The notes beneath the pieces were generated by a model. The model worked only from the letters and a program-made list of their open reading frames with translations. It searched no databases and was not told where the DNA came from. Positions 43,379-52,522 of a stretch of DNA of 64,000 nucleotides are shown piece by piece; position 1 is the first letter of the stretch; each line of letters starts with the position of its first letter. Position numbers and translations under genes: made by a program. Where the stretch lies: assembly GCA_049968255.1 (NCBI GenBank), contig JBMFRB010000004.1:128001-192000 (forward strand), written 5' to 3'. This stretch comes from Candidatus Sumerlaeaceae bacterium (GTDB lineage Bacteria; Sumerlaeota; Sumerlaeia; Sumerlaeales; Sumerlaeaceae).

Positions 43379-44632
43379 ATGGCTAAAGCGATCATCTGCA
43401 CGGTCGGGACGGTGTTTGAAGGACGCGAGAACATCCTCAGTGTCCTAGCCGACGAAATCAAGCGCCTCGAACCCGCCTATGTTGCCTTCATCGTTTCGAA
43501 AGAAAGTCGCAATGCTGCAGAGAAAATTGCAGCAAAGGCAGGGCTGTCGGAGAATTCTGTCACATATGTAGCGCTCGAAACGCCTCACGACCTGAACGAA
43601 GTTTTTGCTCGCACGAACGAAACCATTCGCCACCTGCTGGCCGCTGGCTTTTCGCATGCGGACATATCGCTCAACTACACGAGCGGAACCAAGGTTATGG
43701 GCAGCGGCGCAGTTCTTGCCGCAGTGTTCAACCAATGTTCCGAACTGCGCTACATTTACGAAGGGGGAGCCGAAGGCGATCGTGTCATCATCACCCGTCC
43801 GTTGGCAGTCAGCGCCTACCGCGATCTGCTCTTGGCAAGCCGCCTGATCGAAGAATTGCGGTTCCAGTCGGCATCGGACCTCCTCGGGCGCATTGACGCA
43901 TCGCTTCTTTCTGCCTATGATGTCACGGTACTCAATTCACTCAGAAAGATCGCTGAGGCCTACAATGCTTGGGACACTTTCAATCCGGCGCATTTTGTCG
44001 CTGTCATGAGCGATCTTCCTTCGTCCGTAGACGCGTGCAAAAAATTCATGGTAGATTCTGGTACACTCGGGCTGCTAGCCCAGCTCGCGAGCGATCTCTC
44101 CCAGGAAAATTACTCGCCCCTGATCTTTGCCGACATGGTGAACAATGCAGTGCGCCGCATGCTCGAAGGCAAATATGACGACGCTGTCGCCCGCCTTTAC
44201 CGTGCCCTCGAAATGCTCGCGCAGTGTGTGCTCCGACGTTACGGAATCAACACCGACGATGTGGACACTCGCAAAATCCCGCCTCGTTATCGCGTCAACT
44301 TCGAAGCATTGCGTTCGATGGACGACGGAATGGTACGCATCGGCATGCGCAAGGCCTATGAGTTGTTAGCGATTCTGGAAGCGCCGCTCGGCTTGCGTTT
44401 TCAAAGCATGAAGGAGCTCCTGCCACTCCTTCAGTCGCGCTCAAAATCCATTCTCGCTCACGGCACCAGCCGGATTGCCAAGAGCGATAGCGAGCAATTC
44501 CTCTCGCATGCGCTCGACCTCTTCACGAGCGAGATTCCCGACTTTTGCAACATATGCCACAACCTGCAATTCCCGTGGCTACGTGGCAATTACGAGTGCT
44601 CGATGATCCTAAATCGTGCATCCCAGGCGTGA
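43379..44632 (+). CDS. CARF-HEPN protein, Csm6-like (TIGR02710/Cas02710 family), orphan
   Basis: N-terminal CTVGT and NYTSGTKVM (CARF); WDTF; NAVRR...YDDAVARLYRALE; HEPN-like RSKSILAHG. Confidence 0.85.
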   Translation: MAKAIICTVGTVFEGRENILSVLADEIKRLEPAYVAFIVSKESRNAAEKIAAKAGLSENSVTYVALETPHDLNEVFARTNETIRHLLAAGFSHADISLNYTSGTKVMGSGAVLAAVFNQCSELRYIYEGGAEGDRVIITRPLAVSAYRDLLLASRLIEELRFQSASDLLGRIDASLLSAYDVTVLNSLRKIAEAYNAWDTFNPAHFVAVMSDLPSSVDACKKFMVDSGTLGLLAQLASDLSQENYSPLIFADMVNNAVRRMLEGKYDDAVARLYRALEMLAQCVLRRYGINTDDVDTRKIPPRYRVNFEALRSMDDGMVRIGMRKAYELLAILEAPLGLRFQSMKELLPLLQSRSKSILAHGTSRIAKSDSEQFLSHALDLFTSEIPDFCNICHNLQFPWLRGNYECSMILNRASQA

Positions 44633-46015
44633 AGCCAAGGAGGGGGCACACTTTGTCACATCGCCCGCCCCGAGAGTGAGAATCATGTCCCCGGGTTTGG
44701 CGTTCGCAGCGACAAAATCTTCAGCTTTATCCAGCGCCCCCGCGTAAAACGCGGCCGGGTGCCCATGACGCGCAAGACTCTCCAGAATAAGCTCCGACGT
44801 CACTCCTACGATCGGCTCCTCGCTCGCCGGATAGATGTCCGCTAGCACCACAACGTCAGCATGGTCAAAGGCCTTGCCAAATTCATCTGCCAAGGACTGC
44901 GTGCGCGAATAGCGGTGCGGCTGAAACAGTGCCACAATGCGTCCACGATGAGCTGCCCGCGCGGCAGCAAGCGTAGCCCGGATCTCTGTGGGATGATGGG
45001 CGTAATCGTCAACGATCGTGAATTGATCGTTTTTGCCCACGATTTGAAAGCGGCGTCGGACTCCACGGAACTGCTCAAGAGCGTCGATAATCGAGGCCAC
45101 CGGTAGGCCAATTTCAAGGCCAAGCGCAAAGACGGCGAGCGCATTCAGGACATTGTGCTTGCCAGGCACTGACAGCCGGACGCTTCCCAGCTCTTCGTCG
45201 TTGCGGAAAACACTGAATCGGCAAGTCCCCCCTTGCACTTCTTTGATTACGCCGCGTAGCGAAGCTTCTGAAGAAAAACCGTAGCTGGTGACGTTCACAA
45301 CACCATTCCGGATTTTTCCGTGCAAGCCAAAGCCTAAGCTCTCGAGGACCCTGCGAACCCCATCATCATCGCAGCAGGCTATCAAAACTCCGCCCGGCTT
45401 AATGTTTCTCACGTGTGCCCGGAAAACCTCGTAAACCTGGTCGATATTCTCGTAAAAGTCCGTGTGGTCCAACTCAATGTTTGTGATGATAGCAAATTCC
45501 GGGTGAAAATTCACTAACGAGCCGTCACTCTCGTCGGCCTCAGCGACAAACCACTCGCTGCTTCCCCCACGTGCATTGGCTGCTTCCGTGTTAATGGTGC
45601 CGCCAACCGCAAACGAAGGCGCTAACCCTGCCAGCGTTAGCAGTGTCGCCGCCATCGAGGATGTTGTTGTTTTGCCATGGGTTCCCGCCACAGTGATGCC
45701 GCGGCGTGCATCCAAAAGCTCAGCCAGTTTCTCGGATCGGTGACGGATCGGTATTCCTAACCGTCGCGCTTCGATAATCTCTGGGTTCGTTGGCTTGATG
45801 GCGGTGCTCACGACCACTTCAGCTGCGCCGTGCACATTGTCTGCACAGTGCCCGATGAAAATCCTTGCGCCAGCGGATTGAAGACTTTTCGTGTAGGACG
45901 ACTCTTTGATGTCCGAACCGCTAACACGAACCCCCTCCTGCAGCAAAAGCTGAGCAATGCCGCTCATTCCCACACCGCCGATTCCGACGAAATGCACGAA
46001 ACCTTGGTCAGTCAT
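44609..46015 (-). CDS. murC: UDP-N-acetylmuramate--L-alanine ligase
   Basis: HFVGIGGVGMSGIA, AGTHGKTTT, EADESD, DDYAHHPTE, FQPHRYSRT. Confidence 0.97.
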   Translation of the reverse strand: MTDQGFVHFVGIGGVGMSGIAQLLLQEGVRVSGSDIKESSYTKSLQSAGARIFIGHCADNVHGAAEVVVSTAIKPTNPEIIEARRLGIPIRHRSEKLAELLDARRGITVAGTHGKTTTSSMAATLLTLAGLAPSFAVGGTINTEAANARGGSSEWFVAEADESDGSLVNFHPEFAIITNIELDHTDFYENIDQVYEVFRAHVRNIKPGGVLIACCDDDGVRRVLESLGFGLHGKIRNGVVNVTSYGFSSEASLRGVIKEVQGGTCRFSVFRNDEELGSVRLSVPGKHNVLNALAVFALGLEIGLPVASIIDALEQFRGVRRRFQIVGKNDQFTIVDDYAHHPTEIRATLAAARAAHRGRIVALFQPHRYSRTQSLADEFGKAFDHADVVVLADIYPASEEPIVGVTSELILESLARHGHPAAFYAGALDKAEDFVAANAKPGDMILTLGAGDVTKCAPSLASRLGCTI

Positions 46016-46067
46016 ATCATCCTCGTTATCATGTTTGGATGTAAGAACGCGTGGTTCGGCGAGTTTA

Positions 46068-47516
46068 CTATCTCGTTTGGCGGTTTTCGCCACCGAGTGC
46101 CCGTCGGATCAAGGAACTATCGTCGCGAAGGGCAAACAACAGGGTGAGAATGCAACCGCAGAGCACGCCGACTCCCACACGTAAAGTGTCCGGAATCGAC
46201 GTATTCAGCACGATAAGCGGAACAGATGACGCCAAACCGACGATGCTCAACCGAAACAGTGTTCCAAGTCCTAGTTTCACACCGCGGCGTAAGAGCGCAA
46301 CGGAATAGAGAGTTCCGGACACGCACTCGGTCGCGAGGAGCGCCAACGCAGCCCCGTTGAGTCCCCACAGACGAATTCCCACGACATTGAGGCACACGTT
46401 CAGCACGAGTGCAACCATCGCGCGAACCATCACGATTTTTTCTGCATTGAGGCAGATAAGGATATTCGCAGAGATAATTTGATAATAAATAAGCACAAGC
46501 CAGACCCCATAAAACCGAAAGACGGACGATGCCGCGAGATACTCCCGTTTGGCGACCAACTGAATGATCCAGTGAGGCGCAAAGACAAACACCGAGCAAA
46601 GAATCAATGCCATGTATCCCAAATATCGCGTGAGAAACTGATAATAACGCGCAACAAGGGCTCGATCGTTGTGATGGCGCGACAAGAACGGAATGAGAGC
46701 GTTCACCACAGCCGTTGGCAGAAATTGTAGCGCTTCCGGAAGACGCGATGCCGCGTTATAATATCCCACAGCTTGCTCGCCCAACATTTTCGATAACGCA
46801 ATAGTCCCGGTGCTCATGTAAAGCGTCCCAATAATGTTGATAACAGCAAAAGGAATCGACCGCCGAAGCGCCTCGAGGATCCCACGACTATCCCACCGAT
46901 GAAGTAAACTCAGCTGAAGAAACATCGGGATACTCACAGCCAACGCCAAGCACTCGGCACCCGCGGCACCAATATGAACAGCTGCAATTTTGGGCACAGT
47001 CAGATGACCGGCTTGAAGGAGGACAATGAGACCGGCCAAAATCAGGAATCGCCCAAGGACCGAGAAGATCGCGTCAAATTCCATCCGATCATAAGCGCGG
47101 AAGAGAAACTTGAACAACGTCGCAAAGCTATCGAGCACCGTGAACACATAAAAGAAGCCAACAACCGCTAAGGTGGTCCGCGAATAGCCTGCGGCCCAAA
47201 GAATAAGGGCACCGATACACCCCACGGGGACGACCAAAGCCAATCGGAGATTCAGCACATTACCGAAAACGGTCTGAGAACGTTGGCGCTCGCTCCGGCA
47301 GCGGGCTACCTCACGAACGATGTATCCACGGACCCCAAACTCCGTGAAAAGCGCCAACAGAAAACTAAGGCGCAACGCAAGTTGGAAAAGGCCATTCTCT
47401 TCGACGGTGACATGTTTTTGGATTATCACAAGAGTCAAAAGCGACAGGAAGCGGGTGCCGGCTTGGGAAATGGTCAGCGCCGTTGCCCCCTTCAAGTGCT
47501 GTCTGGCTCGGCTCAT
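46068..47516 (-). CDS. Polysaccharide/oligosaccharide flippase (Wzx-like)
   Basis: About 12-14 TM helices; FTEFG, VGYYNAASR, GLNGAALA. Confidence 0.85.
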   Translation of the reverse strand: MSRARQHLKGATALTISQAGTRFLSLLTLVIIQKHVTVEENGLFQLALRLSFLLALFTEFGVRGYIVREVARCRSERQRSQTVFGNVLNLRLALVVPVGCIGALILWAAGYSRTTLAVVGFFYVFTVLDSFATLFKFLFRAYDRMEFDAIFSVLGRFLILAGLIVLLQAGHLTVPKIAAVHIGAAGAECLALAVSIPMFLQLSLLHRWDSRGILEALRRSIPFAVINIIGTLYMSTGTIALSKMLGEQAVGYYNAASRLPEALQFLPTAVVNALIPFLSRHHNDRALVARYYQFLTRYLGYMALILCSVFVFAPHWIIQLVAKREYLAASSVFRFYGVWLVLIYYQIISANILICLNAEKIVMVRAMVALVLNVCLNVVGIRLWGLNGAALALLATECVSGTLYSVALLRRGVKLGLGTLFRLSIVGLASSVPLIVLNTSIPDTLRVGVGVLCGCILTLLFALRDDSSLIRRALGGENRQTR

Positions 47517-47519
47517 GTG

Positions 47520-48710
47520 TTAGCGCCTCACAACTGACCGTCGGCAACTCTCTTCGAGAATTTCCGCCAGTCTTTGTGCATGGGTCTCCCAGGAAAACTT
47601 GGCCCCAAAGGCTCTGGCAGCTTGCCCCATTTGTCGTCGTCGCTCAGCATTGTTGACAAGGGCAACGATTGCCCCAGAAAGCGCCTGGAGGTCACCTGGT
47701 TCCACGAGAATCCCCGTCACTCCATCCTGCACGGCTTCAGGTATTCCGCCGAACTTCGTCCCAATACAAGGGAGCCCACAAAACTCGGCCTCGACAAAGG
47801 AAATGCCAAAGCTTTCCAACCATCCTGGCAATGGCTGACTTGGTTGAACATAAACATCTGCAGATTGAAGCACTGCTGCAGTCTGCTCATAGGGAACTCG
47901 CCCTAAAAAGAAAACACGCTTTCCCAAGAGATTTTGGGTTGCGTATTGCTGAAATTCTTTCTCGTCCGGGCCCGAGCCAGCAATCACATACAGCCAGTCG
48001 CCCGTCAGCATATTTCGGCGAGTAATTTCAGTCAGAGCCCGGAGCACTTCGCCAATCCCTTTTTGTCGGCTCAGCCGGCACATGCTCAATAGGACCACGG
48101 TTTCGCAAGGCAGCCCTTGCGCTTCGAGCCATTGCTTGCGAAGCTCTGCGCCATGCTGCTTTGCCAACGGAGCATTGAGCCGCGCCTGGTCAATACCCGG
48201 GTGAATCACTTCGATACGCTTCAATCTATCGAAATGAGATTCTAGGAGACGTTTCGTGTTGTTTGAATTACAAGTCAGTACACTGGCGCCACGCAGCATG
48301 AGCTCAAGAGCGGCACGTCGTGCCCTCGAGGGAAGCTCCGTCAGAATTTCGCTCCCATGGACGTAAATTGCATAGGGTCGCTTACGCCACCAGGCGCTAA
48401 GAGCCATGGGCAGACCAAAACCGCGGTGCGTCGAAGCATAGAAGATGTCCGGAAAGAACTGTTGGGAAGCTTTCCACGCAATTTTCGTGAGCGGAACCAA
48501 GCGTTTCACTGCTCCAGTCTCGATATGATGCGCATTGATCCGGAGCCCAACAGTGGTCTGGCAAACATTTGGCTGCGGCCCAAAATCGATGGTTTCGACC
48601 TGAACCTGATGGCCCAGACGAGCAAGGTTTACGCTTTGCTCGAGCGAAAGCGCAGCGACACCACCCAGATGCGGGGGAAAGTCTGTCGAAAAAAACAAAA
48701 TTCTCATCAC
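47520..48710 (-). CDS. Glycosyltransferase, GT4 family (PimB-like)
   Basis: DFPPHLGG, HGSEI, RLSRQKG, ESFGISFVEA, GGIPEAV. Confidence 0.9.
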   Translation of the reverse strand: MMRILFFSTDFPPHLGGVAALSLEQSVNLARLGHQVQVETIDFGPQPNVCQTTVGLRINAHHIETGAVKRLVPLTKIAWKASQQFFPDIFYASTHRGFGLPMALSAWWRKRPYAIYVHGSEILTELPSRARRAALELMLRGASVLTCNSNNTKRLLESHFDRLKRIEVIHPGIDQARLNAPLAKQHGAELRKQWLEAQGLPCETVVLLSMCRLSRQKGIGEVLRALTEITRRNMLTGDWLYVIAGSGPDEKEFQQYATQNLLGKRVFFLGRVPYEQTAAVLQSADVYVQPSQPLPGWLESFGISFVEAEFCGLPCIGTKFGGIPEAVQDGVTGILVEPGDLQALSGAIVALVNNAERRRQMGQAARAFGAKFSWETHAQRLAEILEESCRRSVVRR

Positions 48711-48763
48711 GACTCTTATGCGGAATCTTGCGGCGTATATGTCAAACCGCTATACGAGCTGCC

Positions 48764-49276
48764 TCAATTTTGGGGCGGTTCATTATTGTGAACCGATGCC
48801 GCGGCGTCGCCGCTCCGGTCAGCCGAAGCCTTCTCTTTAGCGCGGCATTCCTCGAAAGTGTTGCGAATGCGTTGCAATTGATCTTTTTCTGCCGCGAGAA
48901 GTTCGAGCAGCACGGCTCGGATTTCTGGGAAGCCATTTGCTTCAGCAACCCTCTGCTCAAACTCCGTGACTGCTCGCTCCTTGTGCTTGATCAGCAGTTG
49001 CCCTAGGTAATCAAGCCGGAGGTAATTAAGATCCGCAGCACTTTCATCGAAAAGCATGGGATCCGGAATTCCCCCCAGCGCAGCGATGATCCGCGACAGA
49101 AGCTTGGCGTGTTCCCTTTCTTCTCGACGTAGCACGATAAGCAAAGACCAAAGGGGGGCAAAGTGCTCCGGAATATATGGCGACGCATTGGTGATGTATT
49201 CGACGAACGAATAAGTCTTTCGGCTGAGATCGGATTGAAGTCCCTGCAAGAGCTTTTCCTTTGGGTCTTTTGTCAT
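48764..49276 (-). CDS. Ferritin-like four-helix-bundle protein
   Basis: EEREHA motif and helical pattern; 4-bp overlap with nuoN. Confidence 0.6.
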   Translation of the reverse strand: MTKDPKEKLLQGLQSDLSRKTYSFVEYITNASPYIPEHFAPLWSLLIVLRREEREHAKLLSRIIAALGGIPDPMLFDESAADLNYLRLDYLGQLLIKHKERAVTEFEQRVAEANGFPEIRAVLLELLAAEKDQLQRIRNTFEECRAKEKASADRSGDAAASVHNNEPPQN

Positions 49277-50877
49277 AGGCGTCCTTCCGTGGGGCTCTCC
49301 ATCACTCGGACACGTGTCACGAGATGGGCGCTTATAGGGGTCCCCAAAGCTTGACGTCCCAGCCTCACGCTTTTTTGCGCGAGATCGGTCAACGGCTGCC
49401 AATATAGCTGAATCGCCAAAATGAGTAGCGCGGCAGTTGCCAACGCAATGCGCGCGGCCTTGGATGGTTTGCACGGTGCCAGATCCGCGGATGGTGTGTA
49501 GAATGCCATCAGCCGAATGATGCCGATGTAATAATAGAGCGAGATCACACTATTGGCCAGGGCGATGAGAATGAGGACGTAGTAGAAGCTGGCTATTGGC
49601 GACGTCATGCCGCGCTTGACCAGTGCCATAAACAGAAAGAATTTCCCCATGAAGCCGCCACTGGGTGGCAGGCCAATAAGCGACCACAGCAGCATGGCGA
49701 TGCTGGCAGCCAAAACGGGCGACTCGTGCACCAAACCGCGAAATCCGCCAACGTCGAATGTGCCTCTGTCCGCATGAATCACTTGGGCAGCGAAAAACAA
49801 TCCGAGATTCGCAATAGCATAAACGATAAAGTAAAAAAGAATCGCTTCATAGGCCTCGGTATTGTGTGCAACCACGGCAGCGATCATATAGCCAGCATGC
49901 GCAATGGAGGAGTAGGCGAGCAGTCTCTTGATATCACACTGCCGGAGCGCAACCAAATTGCCCAAGGTCATTGTCAGGATCGCGACAATCCACAGCAGGC
50001 TAAGCAAAGCGAAATGCATCAGCTTGGGAAGGGCATTTTCTCCGTGCGAGAACAACGGAACTCCCAAGAGAGGAGCCGCGAAGCGCAAAAAAAATCCGAA
50101 ACCGGCAGCCTTGGAAACCACCGATAAGTAAGCTGTGACTGGCGTAGGCGATCCCTGGTAGACGTCCGGTGCCCAGAAGTGAAAGGGAACCAAGCCCATT
50201 TTGAAAGCAAATCCTGCCAGCAAGAGCACCATGACAAGCAGGAAGCTCGGCGAAGGTTGGACGGCTATCTTGGCCACATCCTCGAGGTCCAGCGAACCGA
50301 CCATGCCGTACAGCAGGCTCAACCCATAAAGCATAACTCCCGAAGCAACAGCACCAAACAGCACGTACTTGAGCGAGGACTCGACGCTTTCGCGTCGGTT
50401 TTTTGCATAGCCGGCCAGTACGTACGAGCTAAGGGACAAGGTTTCGAAGCTAAGATAAAACAGCACCAAGTTACGACTTGCTACGAGAAAAGACGCTGCC
50501 AGCGTTGCAGTGAGTAGCAGCGCATAATATTCTCCGACGCGCCTGCCGGCCAGTTCCGTGCTTGTGCGTGACGTTGTGACGACCACAAAAGTCGCAATGA
50601 GAAAGAGTAAGGCAAAGAAGAGCGAGAAGGGATCAAGAACCAGCGCGTTCCATCCAAGCACAATGGGCTCGGCAAGAACTTTAGGCCAAAACTTGGTCAA
50701 GGCAGTGGCACTTGCCAAGCAAGCCAGGAGCGCAATCCAACTGACCCGGTGAGATTTCGCGGCGCTCTGGAACCAGTCAACCACGAGCACGAGGATGATT
50801 CCAACCACCAGAATCAGGTGAGGCACCAGAGCATTCAGCCCGCGCAAGGTCTCGGCCACGCTCGTCGCTAGTGACAT
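49273..50877 (-). CDS. nuoN: NADH-quinone oxidoreductase subunit N
   Basis: ESSLKY, FKMGLVPFHFWAPDVYQGSPT, KRLLAYSSIAHAGY. Confidence 0.93.
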   Translation of the reverse strand: MSLATSVAETLRGLNALVPHLILVVGIILVLVVDWFQSAAKSHRVSWIALLACLASATALTKFWPKVLAEPIVLGWNALVLDPFSLFFALLFLIATFVVVTTSRTSTELAGRRVGEYYALLLTATLAASFLVASRNLVLFYLSFETLSLSSYVLAGYAKNRRESVESSLKYVLFGAVASGVMLYGLSLLYGMVGSLDLEDVAKIAVQPSPSFLLVMVLLLAGFAFKMGLVPFHFWAPDVYQGSPTPVTAYLSVVSKAAGFGFFLRFAAPLLGVPLFSHGENALPKLMHFALLSLLWIVAILTMTLGNLVALRQCDIKRLLAYSSIAHAGYMIAAVVAHNTEAYEAILFYFIVYAIANLGLFFAAQVIHADRGTFDVGGFRGLVHESPVLAASIAMLLWSLIGLPPSGGFMGKFFLFMALVKRGMTSPIASFYYVLILIALANSVISLYYYIGIIRLMAFYTPSADLAPCKPSKAARIALATAALLILAIQLYWQPLTDLAQKSVRLGRQALGTPISAHLVTRVRVMESPTEGRL

Positions 50878-50897
50878 TGGCGTGGGATTTCCTGAAA

Positions 50898-52520
50898 TCA
50901 CAGTCCTAGCGCTCCTCCTATTTGCTGAGCTGCATCGGCGAGAAGCTTCCCTTGCGACTGCCAAAGCCCTAGCAGCGAGTTCATTGCCGGGGCGAAGACG
51001 TTCAATGCCAAACCGGGGAGAATTCCGAGCAAAATCGCCAGAAAGGCGAGAGGCACAAGCGATGCGTATTCATACCACTGGAGATCTGAGAACCCCGCAT
51101 ATTCCTTCTTCGGTGGTCCTAGATAAACACGCTGAATCGTATAGAGCAAATATGCTGCACCAAGCACGACGCCCAACGAACCGATAATCGTCAGTGTTTT
51201 CATGCTGAGTACCCACTGCCATGCTTGCGGGAATGCTTGGGTGGAATTCGATCGAAAAGCACCGAGGAAGACCATGACCTCGCTGATAAACCCGCTCATG
51301 CCAGGTAACCCCAGCGATGCAAAGAAGCCAATAATGGCCAGCGTAAAATACTTCGGCATGTGAAGGCCGAGCCCGCCAAAGCGCTCGATCTCGCGGTGAT
51401 GGGCACGGTCATAAATAACGCCCACAATGAGAAACATCATCGCGCTCGATAGGCCATGATTGAACATTTGAAAAACCGCTCCATTCATCCCTTCCCCATT
51501 TAAGGCGGCCATTCCCAACAACACGTAGCCCATATGCGAGACGGAGCTGTAAGCCACGAGCTTTTTGAAATCTTTCTGCGCCATTGCGCAAAACGCGCCA
51601 TAGATGATGTTGATAACTCCGAAAAGCGCAATCAGGCCAATGAAATACGCGGTTGAGTCCACGAACATCGGAAAGTTGATCCGGAGAATGCCGTAGCCGC
51701 CTAGCTTCAACAGCACCCCCGCGAGGATGACCGAAATGGCAGTAGGGGCTTCAACGTGGGCATCCGGCAACCATGTATGGAACGGGAACATGGGGATTTT
51801 GATCGCAAAAGCGATAAAGAAGCCGAGCCACAAGAGGTGGGCGATGGTCAGACTATCGCGGAACGGCTGAATTCGGATGAGCTCGGGAATCGAGAAGGTG
51901 TGATATTTCATGTAAATGACGACAATCGCCAGCAGCATCAGCACCGAACCAGCGAGGGTGTACAGGAAGAACTTGATCGCTGCATACTCCTTGCGCGGCC
52001 CACCCCAGATGCCAATGAGAAAGTACATCGGCAGAAGCATGACTTCCCAGAAGACGTAGAAGAGGAAAAGATCGAGTGCCACAAAGACCCCCATCATCCC
52101 CGTGATGAGTAGCATATACATCATGTGGAAGCCTTTGACGCCTTTGTCGATGTTCCATGTTGCAAACACCGCCAGGAACGAAAGGAGCCCCGTGAGAAAC
52201 ACCAAGATCACGCTCAGCCCATCAACGCCGACGTGGTACCATACCGCAAAACTCGGAATCCACGCGTGGCGTTCCTCGAAAAAACTACTTGCGCCAGCAG
52301 GGAATTTCGCTCCAGCCAGCCCAATAAAGCTCGCGCGCATCTCAGCCGGTAAACGATAGAATTCTGCTAACAAGTATGCACTGAGCAAAAAAACCAGGAA
52401 TGATGTGAGCAATGAGATCGCTCGGATGGTGCGGTTGCCCTTGCCACTCGGAATCAAGGCCATAACAGCCAATCCCGCGATCGGCAGGAATACAATCCAA
52501 CTCAACAAGTGCTCAATCAT
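50898..52520 (-). CDS. nuoM: NADH-quinone oxidoreductase subunit M
   Basis: FYVFWEVML.PM, KFFLYT, PFHTWLPDAHVEAPT, KKLVAYSSVSHMG. Confidence 0.95.
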   Translation of the reverse strand: MIEHLLSWIVFLPIAGLAVMALIPSGKGNRTIRAISLLTSFLVFLLSAYLLAEFYRLPAEMRASFIGLAGAKFPAGASSFFEERHAWIPSFAVWYHVGVDGLSVILVFLTGLLSFLAVFATWNIDKGVKGFHMMYMLLITGMMGVFVALDLFLFYVFWEVMLLPMYFLIGIWGGPRKEYAAIKFFLYTLAGSVLMLLAIVVIYMKYHTFSIPELIRIQPFRDSLTIAHLLWLGFFIAFAIKIPMFPFHTWLPDAHVEAPTAISVILAGVLLKLGGYGILRINFPMFVDSTAYFIGLIALFGVINIIYGAFCAMAQKDFKKLVAYSSVSHMGYVLLGMAALNGEGMNGAVFQMFNHGLSSAMMFLIVGVIYDRAHHREIERFGGLGLHMPKYFTLAIIGFFASLGLPGMSGFISEVMVFLGAFRSNSTQAFPQAWQWVLSMKTLTIIGSLGVVLGAAYLLYTIQRVYLGPPKKEYAGFSDLQWYEYASLVPLAFLAILLGILPGLALNVFAPAMNSLLGLWQSQGKLLADAAQQIGGALGL

Positions 52521-52522
52521 CG

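Noticed and set aside
42200-44700. CRISPR array near the Csm6-like gene
   Set aside because: No regularly spaced 25-40 bp repeats were seen here or elsewhere in the window; the flanks are coding
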